From NCBI GenBank assembly GCA_004764695.1, contig SMSO01000031.1, forward strand, positions 2,394,436 through 2,458,435: a stretch of DNA of 64,000 bases. Reading direction: 5' to 3'. Source of the DNA: Schizochytrium sp. TIO01. Taxonomy: Eukaryota > Protista > Bigyra: Labyrinthulomycetes. The notes under the pieces were generated by a model. The model did not search any database. It worked only from the letters and a program-made list of their open reading frames with translations, and was not told where the DNA came from. The position numbers and the translations under genes were made by a program. Below, one piece after another: positions 45,519-57,573 of the stretch; the first letter of the stretch is position 1, and each line of letters begins with the position of its first letter.

Positions 45519-47552
45519 TTACACCGATGCAGCCGCACGATCAAACAATACAACCCTAAGTTGTGGAAGCGTTGTTCGAATAGTATTTCGAATACTTGGA
45601 GTAAGAACTTCTTGCCAACTATCATCAACAAACACAGCGGTCTGGTTCTCTGCACCAGCCATAATACTACGAATGATGTCAGCCTTATCCTGTGCTTCTG
45701 GAATGTGACGCAAGCTATGAACTTCAACATGCTCGAAACCACGCTCTGCAAGAAATTGCTCAATCTGACGAAGGTGGGAATTGCGGGTGACGACATGTAC
45801 AGAACCACGGGGGCGCCCACTAGCGATAGCAGAGAGGTGAGGGTCAAGGGTATGCTCAATGCCATTCTTAACAACTAACGGGTCTGAACCACTGCGTGTC
45901 GAAGCCAATGTCCTATCAAAATCGAACAGGAGAAAGTCAGGGTCAAGCTCCTCTGCGAGCGCCTCCATACCAGAGCCGTCAAGACGTACAGCATTGCACA
46001 TTTCACAAGTCCAGTCATCACATACAAAACAACGATGCGCGTGAGGGCACATTGTTGGCATCATGGGCTTGGAACCACCTTTGGGTACACAACGAAGTTG
46101 GAGAGTGCATGGCAAAAGAGTTCCGTTCTTGAGCGCCTCGTCAGTAAGCTCGCCTGCAGCGTCAGCAGCAGCTTGGCGGGCAGCCTTCTCGCAGAAGTAG
46201 CACAAGCCATTGTTAGCAACAAACGGTTTACTATATTGCACCTTGCAACGGGAGCATTTTTTGCGGCCCTTGAGAAAAGGCGCGTAGTCTGGATTTTCAG
46301 GATCGCTCAGACGAGCCTCCAGTTTCGGTCGCCACTTCTCCAACACATTCTCAAGGGAATCATAGATAGTCTTGATTGCGTCGAACCCTGGTGGAACGAT
46401 CAGACTCGCACTAGCAGATTGATCATGAGCTACAAACCACAACTTGTTTGGTTCCTCGCGGATGCGTTTCATCCATGTGAGAAGATCAGTAAGGACAAGT
46501 GAAGAAGCTTCGAGCTGACGGATAAACTTGGCCATCTTGTAAAATGAATGAGGCGAGCCTTCAGTCTCTTCTTTCAGCCTTTTTTGAGTTGCAGAAAACT
46601 CATCGATAAGCTCTTGCAAGCCTTGCTGCACTCTTTCCTCCTCGAGATCAATACGCAAAGCCTTTGATACTCCACGAGCCACACAAGAACACTTGATGAA
46701 TTTGCGAAGTGAAGCATTATCCTTGGCATCTAAAGCACCAAGGATATCGTCTACCAGATCGTCAAGCAAAACACGGGCTTGGCGATCAGAAGGGCTTTCT
46801 TCAGGCTTGGCTGTTGTTCTCACAGTTTGCAGAAACGCTAAGCGCTCCTGGGCCAGCTGCTCATCGACGAGACCCTCACTCTCCTTGGACATGTCCAGAA
46901 TAACTTGAGCACTCCAAAAAGTGGCAGGCATGCGCTGCAGGTCAAAACATGTCGGCTTGAAAGGGTGTCTCGGCACACAGCATATCCGTTTGATAAATGT
47001 ACGCGCATCCAAGACTGAAGCCAGAGTTCCTTTGCATTCCTGAAGTGCTTCAGAGACCTCACGGTACAACGCCGCTCCGGAGTTCTGAGTCGGCCGTCGC
47101 CAGGTATCAAGAGCCTCTTCCTGTATAAGGTGCTCGTACCAGTTTTTTCCATCGACATAGAAGAGGCATGTGTACTGATTGATACGTTTTTCCAGCTCCT
47201 TGCCAGGGGTGTAGAGATGAAGGTATACCTTCTTCAGGTTTACCAAATTGCGTCGAAGGCCAAATACATGGTCCATACGAGGTTTTACGACATCTTCAAC
47301 TCGCTGCAAAGCTTCGCTACCCAATACCTTTTCAATGTCACTTGCTGTGAGTTCCCACCTCCCGGAGAGAAAGGATTGGAGTGAAGGTGTTCCGTCTAGC
47401 ACAGCCAGGAGTTCGTCTGCTTCAGCGCCAAGCCTTTGCTTGATTTCATCCTCGCTGATGCTCTGAGGGGAAGGGAAGCTCAATGCGACAGGGTCAGAGG
47501 CGCCCTCAGTCGAGCCTGCTGGGCTGTGGGTCTCTGATGCAAGTGCCGCCAT
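45519..47552 (-). CDS. Uncharacterised protein: helical N-terminal region, Cys/His-rich putative Zn cluster, C-terminal HAD-superfamily domain
   Basis: First ATG at 47552. HAD motifs: I LLFDFDRTL, II VHVVTRN, III K (DKADII), IV VFVDDS. These are preceded by CSRC..CYFC..C..C..CPH..CFVC..CEMC. Confidence 0.85.
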   Translation of the reverse strand: MAALASETHSPAGSTEGASDPVALSFPSPQSISEDEIKQRLGAEADELLAVLDGTPSLQSFLSGRWELTASDIEKVLGSEALQRVEDVVKPRMDHVFGLRRNLVNLKKVYLHLYTPGKELEKRINQYTCLFYVDGKNWYEHLIQEEALDTWRRPTQNSGAALYREVSEALQECKGTLASVLDARTFIKRICCVPRHPFKPTCFDLQRMPATFWSAQVILDMSKESEGLVDEQLAQERLAFLQTVRTTAKPEESPSDRQARVLLDDLVDDILGALDAKDNASLRKFIKCSCVARGVSKALRIDLEEERVQQGLQELIDEFSATQKRLKEETEGSPHSFYKMAKFIRQLEASSLVLTDLLTWMKRIREEPNKLWFVAHDQSASASLIVPPGFDAIKTIYDSLENVLEKWRPKLEARLSDPENPDYAPFLKGRKKCSRCKVQYSKPFVANNGLCYFCEKAARQAAADAAGELTDEALKNGTLLPCTLQLRCVPKGGSKPMMPTMCPHAHRCFVCDDWTCEMCNAVRLDGSGMEALAEELDPDFLLFDFDRTLASTRSGSDPLVVKNGIEHTLDPHLSAIASGRPRGSVHVVTRNSHLRQIEQFLAERGFEHVEVHSLRHIPEAQDKADIIRSIMAGAENQTAVFVDDSWQEVLTPSIRNTIRTTLPQLRVVLFDRAAASV

Positions 47553-49070
47553 GGTCTTGTTGTTCGTCCGCAATGGGATGGAATTGACTCTACTAGTCTG
47601 ATGAGAAATAGTGCTTTCGCTGGTTGCAAAGCAAAGACCTCAGTAACTTGGATGGTCTCGCACCTTCCCTTTGTTCCCAATCCACTTCCTTAGGAGAAGT
47701 ATAGTGGAGACATAGTAGAAGAGTTTCCTCTTGCTAGTTTGCAAACCTTCCATCCGACAGGGCTGCCACATGTTAACATCAGATCTTTTCAAACCAAATC
47801 GAACACAATCAAGCTTGCTCTACTGAAACAGGCAACTGGCATAACTAAAGAATTAGGATGAAGGTTGTTTCCTTTTCAATTGTTGCTTTCTTAGTAACTT
47901 TGAAAACTAAAGCAGCTCTTTGAAAAAAATAGCCCCATAATCATTTGAAAACAGACTGATAGATTGAGCATGTAGATTCCTTGTTGCAGCATGCTGGCCG
48001 GAATTTATAGTCTGTTCAGCAGTCCAATATTTGATTGTCTAGAGATTGAGGACAAAGACGCAATTGAACAGAAATGAAAATCGAATTGTTCTTTGCAGTT
48101 TCAATTATGAAACTTCATTTGGCAAGGGGTTCTCCTCTACGCAAGCGCTCTCATATGGCTCAGATTCAACTACGGTGAGCTGGCGTTAAATAGAAGTAGT
48201 TTCGAAATCGCAGAGACGTAACAAGCGATTGGGCACTGGCAACCCTGACAACATTTGTTCAGTCAAGACAAGCACAGTAAACTTTACATGTTGGCGTCAA
48301 CTGGGTCCCAGAGCGAAGTTCATAGCCTTTGTATCTTACTGATAGAGCTGAGAAACATCACAAGTGCTATCAGCAGGATCGCAAGGAATAAAATCAACAA
48401 ATTAAGGAGGGAACTTCTGTAGACTGGGTAAAATAATTGGCCGGAAGAGCTTACATCATAAAGAAAATTCGCCAGGTTTTAGTGATCTATACGGACAAGT
48501 TGATAGCCATTGAACCTCCCAAACGACAGGTTCTGAGGGAGTATGTGCTACAGTGTGGTAAAACAAAAGGTAAATGAATATTTAAGTGTATGTGATGGCG
48601 TAAAATTGCACCAATCGAGCTAAGTTTGACTGTATACACACATTGGACAGACAAAATACTATTGCTCAACCACAGTGGATTGCCCAGTTCACAAGCACAA
48701 AGTCGGCAATATAAACCCCTTGTTGAAGAAAAGCTTAAAGCATGACTGATCTCTCCAAGTCCAAAAGAAGAAGAAAGGAAAAGCGTGTGTAGATGTATGG
48801 AATAACAAACTGATTTATTGAATGAATATGTGCATTGAACTGGCTGATGTAAACCTTGGACTTTGATCGGATTGCTAAACGTGGGCAACTTCCGGACTTA
48901 TAAAAAGGTTCTCAGAACATTGATCTAATGGTAACAAACATGGGATCAGTGTTGATACTCTTTCGAGTGTCTTATATAGAAGGGTTGGTTTGTTTTCATT
49001 TTCTGGAGGATTGTTTTGATGTTTTTCGGTTTTGTTTTGGAATTATTGCAATAGAGCAAGACTCAAGTAT

Positions 49071-51485
49071 TCAGATATCATGATCAGATGCTGAGTAGCC
49101 TTCCGATTCATCAATATCTTGCACTTGGATGACAAGCTGGGCAAGGAGCTGATAGTACGCAAGAAGACCGGCACCAATATCTTCAGCAACGTTACCCATG
49201 ATGTGGTAGCGACTGCGCACGATGCTTCGCAGAGCACCGAGAAGGAACGCCTGCATAAAGTAGCAGAGCCATCCAAAAGCAGCGATGCCCTCGACAGAGA
49301 CCACAGACGCAAAGAGAGCCACCCAGCCCACAAAGAATAACTGTATCAAAGCAGCAACAGAGATCTTGCAGAATGCCACAATGCCACCTCCGGGAAACAA
49401 GTTGTTTGCAACAATCATCGTTGACCATCCAGGCAAAAAGAATGCCCGAAGGGTCTCATAGTGGGTGCGCGCGTCAGGCACGGTGACGAAGTTGCGTTCA
49501 GGGTGTGTAAAGGTACCGCCCAAGGAGAAGATGAGATCAAAGTAGTGAAAGACACCACCACCAAAGTGCATCTTGAATTCCTTGTGCGAATAGTACCATT
49601 CTGGGTGGACTGCTTGCATAATAAAGCGCCACAGGGCAATGCAGCTGGTGCACATGAGGGCAGTGAAGGGAAGACCAGCGACAATCATTGCAGCTTGCAA
49701 AGCACTGAGAGCATCAGTCTGGCCACGACCTGCAACCAAAAGAGCAGTTGCGACAGCTCCCTCGGTAACAGACCAGAAGATACGCTGGATGAAGTAGCCA
49801 TTTTCGTCATTGCCGTTGCTAGCAAGCTTGTCGACTACAAGAGAACCAGAGTCGGCCGAGGTGACGAAGTAGATTGCGAGAGCGAATACAGCAATCCAGG
49901 AGAGAACGTGACCAAAGCTGTAGTATGACATAAGGACGTTCCACCATGATGCATTACCAATAGCTGTGCAGACAGGGGTGATGCCAGGGTAGTCGTTGAC
50001 AAAATCCCAAGTGGCACTTGCACCAGTCTTGTCAGTGAAGGTAATTGTGATGGGTTCAGTGGGAGGTGCGTAGCAATTGGTGGAGCCAGGGACAAGGTAC
50101 ATGTCGGCATCACCGAGGAAGGTTCCCAGCTGGATCACCTCTTCGGCACGGCGGTATGCACGAAGACCAGCACCACCAAAGACGGAGAACCAAGCAAACG
50201 CGTAAATCAGGGGACCAGCGAGGGTGAAGTTAATGACTTCACGAATAGTGCGGCCACGGGAAATCTGAGCAATGAAGAGACCCACAAAGGAGGCCCATGC
50301 AGTCCACCAGGCCCAGTAGTAGATAGTCCATGCATTCATCCACCAGGAGGCAGCACCGAGGCCCTGGTATTGGTCACCATCAATACCACGGCCGTTACCG
50401 CGGGTCAATTGGCCGAATGCATCGGTTGCAAAGAAGATCTCGAGGATGTTGCTTTGAAAGTACCAGCCAACAGATTCAACCATGAGGTTAAGCATGAACT
50501 TGGTGTCGTCCAAAAAGAGTACCAAGAACCAGAGAATGAATCCGAAGATAATTGCAATGACGGAGAGAATACGAATGCCCAAGTCGAGACCAGAAACGAC
50601 GGAGACAGTAGCCATGGCTGTCACAATCCAAATGCAAATAACTTGGGCGTTACGGGTACCTTCCTCTCCAGCATTTGCGGTGGAGTCGATAGGGAGACCT
50701 GTGAGTCTGCTAATACCATCGCACAGCTGAATGGCACCAAGACCAAGGGATGTGCAGACACCAGATACTACGACAACAATACTAAACCCATCAATTGCGT
50801 CACCCCAGAAACCCCAAATGTACTTGCCAAGCACAGGGTAGAAGCAAGAGCGCATGGTCAAAGGGAGCTTTTCGCGGAAAGCAGCAATACCAGCAACTAC
50901 ACCAATGCAGACATAGCCTGTCCATGCACCAAAACCCCAGTGGTAGAGAGTAAGAGTAATTGCGTGAATGTTGTACTCTGCCACGGAGTGAAAACCGGTG
51001 TCGAAGCGGTTAGTTGTCAGGTGGTAAAGAGGCTCACTGACACCATAGAAGAAGAGGCCAACAGCTACACCAGCGGAGAAGAGCATAGCAAAGTATGTGG
51101 GGCCGCTGTAATCGGGCTTGCTATCTGGGTCACCGAGCTTCTGGTCGCCATAGAAAATGTAAAGGTATCCCATGAAGAAGAACATGAGCGGAGTAGTTAC
51201 AATGTAAAACCATGTGAAAATATCAGTGATTGCAGCTTGGGCCTTTGTAAGATCTTGATAGGATCCTTCAGGGTCCACCATACACCAGATTGCGATACCC
51301 CACAGGACAACAATGCCAAAGAAGCTGGTGACCGGGTTACAGAAAACACCCTTGGTAAAAGGGAGGGGAACACGCATTTCACGCATTGGCCATTTTCCGG
51401 GAGTATATTCTTTGGTGTGCTTGAATGAACCTTGCGGCGAGTCGGGCCCTTCCGAGATGTTGGGTTCAACTTGCTCCGTAATCAT
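49071..51485 (-). CDS. BCCT-family (betaine/choline/carnitine) transporter with a C-terminal PLAC8-like extension
   Basis: 804-aa intronless ORF. BCCT motifs YFAMLFSAGVAVGLFFYGVSEP, TLYHWGFGAWTGY, GVCTSLGLGA, WTIYYWAWWTAWASFVGLFIAQISRGRTIRE, YFVTSADSGSLVV, ALQAAMIVAGLPF. Many transmembrane segments. Confidence 0.96.
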   Translation of the reverse strand: MITEQVEPNISEGPDSPQGSFKHTKEYTPGKWPMREMRVPLPFTKGVFCNPVTSFFGIVVLWGIAIWCMVDPEGSYQDLTKAQAAITDIFTWFYIVTTPLMFFFMGYLYIFYGDQKLGDPDSKPDYSGPTYFAMLFSAGVAVGLFFYGVSEPLYHLTTNRFDTGFHSVAEYNIHAITLTLYHWGFGAWTGYVCIGVVAGIAAFREKLPLTMRSCFYPVLGKYIWGFWGDAIDGFSIVVVVSGVCTSLGLGAIQLCDGISRLTGLPIDSTANAGEEGTRNAQVICIWIVTAMATVSVVSGLDLGIRILSVIAIIFGFILWFLVLFLDDTKFMLNLMVESVGWYFQSNILEIFFATDAFGQLTRGNGRGIDGDQYQGLGAASWWMNAWTIYYWAWWTAWASFVGLFIAQISRGRTIREVINFTLAGPLIYAFAWFSVFGGAGLRAYRRAEEVIQLGTFLGDADMYLVPGSTNCYAPPTEPITITFTDKTGASATWDFVNDYPGITPVCTAIGNASWWNVLMSYYSFGHVLSWIAVFALAIYFVTSADSGSLVVDKLASNGNDENGYFIQRIFWSVTEGAVATALLVAGRGQTDALSALQAAMIVAGLPFTALMCTSCIALWRFIMQAVHPEWYYSHKEFKMHFGGGVFHYFDLIFSLGGTFTHPERNFVTVPDARTHYETLRAFFLPGWSTMIVANNLFPGGGIVAFCKISVAALIQLFFVGWVALFASVVSVEGIAAFGWLCYFMQAFLLGALRSIVRSRYHIMGNVAEDIGAGLLAYYQLLAQLVIQVQDIDESEGYSASDHDI

Positions 51486-52370
51486 CTTGTTTGTTGATTA
51501 AGGAATTTCTTCTCAAGCCTAAGCCAAAATTTGTATGTTGAAAGTTCTTGGTGTGCTGCCCTCTAAGCAGGCAGCGACAAAGATATATAGCTACGCTTGC
51601 TGTCAGCAGCAGCAGTAGCAGTAGCAGCAGCTGCGGCGGCGGCGCTTGTTCGAGTTTTGGTTTTGCTGACCTGCTGGTCGCGTTTCAGATTTGTTGTTGT
51701 GCTGCATTGTCTCCTCTAGCCTGCTCCTCTGTTATGTTATCTTTTCTTTTCTTCTCCTTTTTAAAACTAGTACTTTCACTGCTTAGACTGTTTTTTTCTT
51801 CTTATTGAGCAAAGTGGAAACAGGCAAACAGACAGACAGGCAGAGAGAGAGAGAGCGCGCGCGAGAGAGAGAGAGGGAGAGAGAACGTACTCTTACGTTT
51901 CCTCCTAGCCGGCGAGCGAGTAGAGTCCACCCTAGTGATGGAGAAGGAAGAGCTTTGCTGCTTACTTTGCTTTAAAAAAACGATCTATCAAGCGAGCTAG
52001 TTCCAGTGCACGTTGGTCTCTCAGTCCCCGTATCATAGAACGGGAAAGACCCCCATGCCGCGTGAGCAGGAGGTCCTGTGCCAGTGAGAGAGGACACGCA
52101 GAACCTCCTAGCAAGCCGCTCTCCCTCCAGCGTCAAAGTGTTCATCTTCCCTTTGCTACACGTCGCACGTGAAGAAAGAACCGTCGCAGGCACTTCTCTT
52201 TGTATCGACAAACAAACAGCTTTCATTAAGTTTTGGAAATCGTTTCTTTATAATCGAAAATTCTTTTTGTTAAGCGCTTTGCTTTTCTTTCTTCTCCTTC
52301 TTTTGAAATTTTATGAAAATTCAAAACATGAAATGAAATCGAAATCAAATCAGATCAGAGGTCAGATCTG

Positions 52371-52594
52371 AACAAAACAATTCAAAGCAAACCAAAGCAA
52401 AGCAAACCAAAGCAAAACAAAACAATTCAAAGCAAAACAATTCAAAGCAAACCAAAGCAAAGCAAACCAAAGCAAAACAAAACAATTCAAAGCAAAACAA
52501 TTCAAAGCAAAGCAAACCAAAGCAAACCAAAGCAAAACAAAACAATTCAAAGCAAAACAATTCAAAGCAAAACAATTCAAAGCAAAACAATTCA
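52371..52594. repeat. Pentamer-based array with an exact 60-bp higher-order repeat
   Basis: 52381-52440 and 52441-52500 are identical. Built from CAAAG, CAAAC, CAAAA and CAATT units. Confidence 0.95.
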
Positions 52595-54251
52595 ATCCGG
52601 TAGTTCGTAGAGCAGCAAGGACTCAACATTGATCTATCTATACAGCAAGCAGCCTTTGAAGAACCTCAGGTTTCCATTTTCGACTGTCAGGCCTCCAGAA
52701 TCGCCAAGCTTTCATGAAACTAGTACAGCTGGCAGGGATTGTCAACATCCGTCATCGACACCGATGGAGTTCTCTGTCTCTTTGAAAGCAGCGTTCTGCT
52801 TTGATCTTTCTTTGCCCAAGAGAGGAGAGCGCCAAGTCAGTTGGCCACGCGGTCGAGTTCAATGACCCTCTTCTCGCTTTCTGCATTCGAGCGGAGCGGC
52901 TGTCCAGGCGACCTCGAGCCTTCCTGGACGCCGCTTGCTTTCCCGCTTGCTTTCTCGTTTGCTCCCGCGGCTGCGAATGCGCATGAAGAGCCAAGCTTTT
53001 GCCCACGCTTTGAACCACAACTCTAGCCAGCAACTTCTCGAAGAAAGAAAGACTCGTGGGCAATTGAGTGCCTTCTTCGAGTCCTCTCAACCAGCAGTTT
53101 CAATCCATTCATCGGGCAGGAATGCTCGCTCTGCTTCTGCTGCTGCTGGCTGCTCGCCAAAGCTTTTGTCCGCAGCTGTTCGGCCTTGATTAACTTCATT
53201 CAATTGAGCGACCCTGATCAACACGAGATCCGACGGATCTTCGATGTTTTGGAAACAAGCACTTTCCAACTACGAAACAGCCATTTATTTATCACTCACC
53301 ACTCTCGAAGTTCTGCCTGCTTGCTGTTCCTCTATTATGGTGTAAATTTGGAAATGGTATGTAGGAAATAGAAGAACAATTTTTTATTTTATTTCTTTAG
53401 TTTTTAGTTTTTTAGTTTTTTTTAAAGTTTTTTTTGGTTGAAACATCGTTCCGAACAAAGAGCGGAGAGTTTGACGGTCTTTCTGCCCTTCGCTTCCAAC
53501 CCATCCATGTTCCCTGCTCCTAAACTGCACAAAGGCAAGCCAAGCTAGTCCGAGGCCGCACAGAGTCGCCTGTCCGCGGCTCCAAGCTCCAAGCCCAAGC
53601 CCTCTCTTTCAGGCCCTCAACGTCAGGCCCTCTCTTTTCCTTTTCTTTTTCAAACCCATAGGGATTTCCTGCCTTTGCGGCGAAGGGGTCACGCCTTCTC
53701 TTCCTCTCTTTCTTTTTAACAAAACCCAGTAAACAAGTTCGTCCATCTGCTTTCCACTAGGCCTGCATAAGTGCTTCTTACCACCGCCGAAGGGGCTTGC
53801 TTGACTAGTCTGAAAAGTGAAGGGGCCAGATAGGCAGATAGGAGTTACCTACCCAGAGGTTAGTGTTCGCACAGTGTTGTTGGTTGCCTCCACGCGCCCA
53901 CTTCGAAGTTAAAAGAAAAAAGGGGTTTACTCTTCGCCCGCGCTCCTTTTCTTTTCTTTTCTTTTCTTTGCATTTCATCTCCTTTCCTTTCCTTTCCTGT
54001 CCTTTCCTCCTCGTAGTGCTGACAGTAGGCAGGTAGGTAGGTGGTAGGTAGGTAGGTACCGAAGGGTAACTCCGCGCCAATGGTAACGCCTGCTCGCCTT
54101 TTTATTTTGGCGAATCGAAAGGTGGGCTCCAGCCACAAGCCCTTGTTGTTCAAACATTTTATTTCTCATTTTCCGAGAGAAAATTTAATTGAAATTAAAT
54201 TAAATTTCAACTAAATTTCAACTAAATCGAAGAAACGAAGGGAGAACATAG

Positions 54252-54254
<3 letters not shown>

Positions 54255-54301
<47 letters not shown>
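54255..54301. repeat. (ATTG)n microsatellite
   Basis: Directly visible. Confidence 0.95.
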
Positions 54302-55111
54302 CAGTTAATTGACTGGAAAGCTAGTCAGAAGAAAACAGAAGGAGCGAGAGAAAGCCATTTCGTCGCGGTTTGGATTTGGAACGGGTCTCCGTTCTCTCAG
54401 AGCAGCTGCATACGCTCTGCCTCCTCGCGGCTGCCCGCTCGCGACCAGCCGTGCCGTGCAGCCTTTTGTTCCGTATGCGCGCCTGTCTCAGCTCCTGCGG
54501 GCCCGGCTCTCGAGGGTACGAGACTCTCGGCATGCGAGGGAAGAGGGAGAGAGGATAGGAGGAGACTCGTGGACATGGCCAGCTTCCTGTGCATGCTCCC
54601 ATTACCCAACACTCTCACGTGTCGATCATTGTTCAAAGAAAAACCTCACATCCTCAACTTCAAAGCTTCTTTCAAACGATTCTCTGACCTAAGCGCCGCT
54701 AGCAGTTCCCTACCCAATTTTTTTTTTAATCATTTGTTTTAGTGTTTAAAAAATATATAAATAAAACTTTTTAAAAACTTTCAACTTTCAACTTTCAACA
54801 CAACATTGGACCAACAAACAGACTGTTAAACCAAAGCAAATCAAAGCTTTTTTATCTTCTCCGCTCTGCGCTCTCACGTGATCGACTGATCAATCGAAAA
54901 GGAACAGGAAACGGCGATTGATGCCATATCTACCTACCCAATAGGCACTACTACCTGCTAGGTCCTGGCCTCTCTATCTTCCTCTCCCATCTGGGTTTGA
55001 TCTTAGTAAATGCTGGCTAGCTATAGCTAAGCGAGCTTAGCTAGCCAGGCTCGCACTCCCTCCCTTACAGTGAGAGTGAGCTGCTGCTGGCAGACTGTGA
55101 GAGAATTGACG

Positions 55112-55149
55112 ATTGATTGATTGATTGACTGATTGATTGATTGATTGAC

Positions 55150-55218
<69 letters not shown>

Positions 55219-55408
55219 CATTCATTCATTGATTGATTCATTCATTGATTGATTGATTGATTGATTGATTCATTCATTCATTGATTCATTCATTCATTCA
55301 TTGATTCATTCATTGATTGATTCATTCATTGATTGATTCATTCATTCATTGATTGATTGATTGATTCATTCATTCATTGATTCATTCATTCATTCATTCA
55401 TTCATTGA
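55112..55408. repeat. Long interspersed (ATTG)/(ATTC) compound microsatellite
   Basis: Directly visible. Confidence 0.95.
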
Positions 55409-57520
55409 TCAATCCATGGATACCCAATCGCTCGATCGCTCGATCTGCCGACTGACCGTCAGCTCTCGCTCTCTTCCTCTCTCTTGAAAGCTGCCGCTTC
55501 GGCCTCAGAGCCCACACACGCAGGCAAGTTGAGTCTGCGGTGGCGAGAAGAGGAAGTCGAACTCACGCCTCGAAGAAGGAGTTTCGGACAAAGCTAACTG
55601 GAACCCCTCTGTGTTACTGCGCTCAGGCTGGCAGAGAAGTAAGTCCCACTCCCAATAGTTGGAGGGAATAACTTCAAGTCTTTAGCCCGGGCCAAAGCTC
55701 CAGTCAGTCAAAGCTCTCTCATTCAATTTGGAGAAATGCGTACAACTAGCCATAGCTAGTAGTCACATAGCAGGCATGCACGCGACAAAACTGACGGACG
55801 TAAGCAGTAGAAAGCTCATAAGGCACACTAGGTATGATGTAAAGCACTCAGTCTGTTCAACTCGTAATCGACTGATCTGTCATGCTTATAAGCTACTTTT
55901 TCCCTTTACTTTACTCTGATTTTTTATTTTCTTAAAAATAGGAATCAACAATCCCCGCCAAACTTCCACATAAGACTATCAACTACCTAACTGCTGTTAC
56001 TCGGTACTAAGTCAGCTTGCGAATAGTGTGAGACCACGACATAAAAATACTGGCTGACTGTTTGGCCGGTTGATAAAACAACTTTCAATTTTGTTTACCT
56101 AAAAGAGGTGATGTTTTTTCAAGAAAGAATTCAACCAACTTTTCGGGCAGCGCCGCCCCCGAGAGAGAGCCAAGAAGCCGCTCCAGAGGCGCGAGGAGAT
56201 GAGACTCCGCGAGCAGCCGCTGAGCAGCGTCAATAGTACGGGGCCATCCTGAAGTGCTCGCGAGCTGCTCGCCCCGTGCTTCTCAGCAACGTCTCTGCCG
56301 CCGCCTCGCGAGCCGAGACGTTCCGGCTCCGGCTCTGCTCAGACAGAACCGGGCCTCGTCAGATAACACCACCACGTCCTCGCTCGCTCGCTTGGAGACA
56401 CATGCGGTCGGTCGGAGGGCGACTCGCTGTCAGTTGCTGTATCATTTACTTTTGGGAGAAGGGGCGAAGAAAGAACCACGCCATGAGCGGTTCCGGCAGA
56501 GAGCAGTTACTTGGCTATGGCGGAACCCGCTTGGCGGCACTCGGTTTTCTATTTATTCTCCATGGACTAGCCAGGCAGGCAAGCGGGCAGCTTTTCGTCG
56601 GCGAAAGAGCTGAAGCGGCTCTGCTATCGACAGCCTCAAAGAACCGCCAGCGACTCCAAAGTTGTTGCTCTGGAACCAACATAACTCAGTTTTCGATTTT
56701 ATATAGATATTTTTTGAAACTTATTAAAAACCATTTTGTGAGAAAGGTTTTTTTAGTTGTTTAAAAATTAAATCATAAGAAATTAGAAATTAGAAATTAG
56801 AAATAAATCAAGATAAATCATAGCAACACATCATCCATACAGACGAACCCCCGTAAGTGGCTTTTGAAGGCACAGTCGCAGAACAAACAATCAGTGTGAC
56901 CTGGCTGTGAAACCATCACTCGTCGTTCCAAACCCCCCGCCCCGAGAGCTCTTTTGGAGCCTGGCTGTGGTTTTAGCATCCTTCTTCGCGGCTTTCCTCC
57001 AACTGTTTAAAGGTTGAACTTCCTTTTTTTCTGGAGCCGCAAAGATTCAACTCCCACAAGAGGAAGGTTTGTCTGTCTATCTGCGCGCTTGCTTCTCTCT
57101 GTCCCCTGTTCTTTATCTCACAGCTCCTTCCCTTCCGCCTGAGTGGTAAGCAAAGTAAAGATAACCTTGTGCTTTTGGTCTAATTACATCTTTGACAATC
57201 TGCAAAACACACTCACTCATTCATGTCTGCAGGCGCTGAGACTGCCCAGCTGCGTTCAAGCAAGTCCTTTGGAGGTGGATCTCAAACACGCCTCAGCCCC
57301 TGAGATTTCAGGATGATTCTTGACCATCCTCGGCATCATCGCCGGAAAGGAAAGGAAGGGCCACCTTTCTATTTCTTTCAGCAAGCCTGCCTCATCGCGC
57401 GGCGAAAACCGAGCTTCAGCCGCACTCCCATCCGTCGCAAGTCTCGCTACTTCTCTTTCATGGAGTTCCCGAGGCGAGCTCAGATCTGGAACCAAGCCGA
57501 GCAGCGCCTTAGAGACTCCA

Positions 57521-57521
57521 C

Positions 57522-57572
<51 letters not shown>
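57521..57572. repeat. (CTG)n trinucleotide repeat
   Basis: Directly visible. Confidence 0.95.

Positions 57573-57573
<1 letters not shown>

Noticed and set aside
50370-51428. 352-aa plus-strand ORF
   Set aside because: Antisense shadow of the BCCT CDS with no recognisable motifs. The same applies to the ORFs antisense to RPC2, the Tubby fusion and G-beta.
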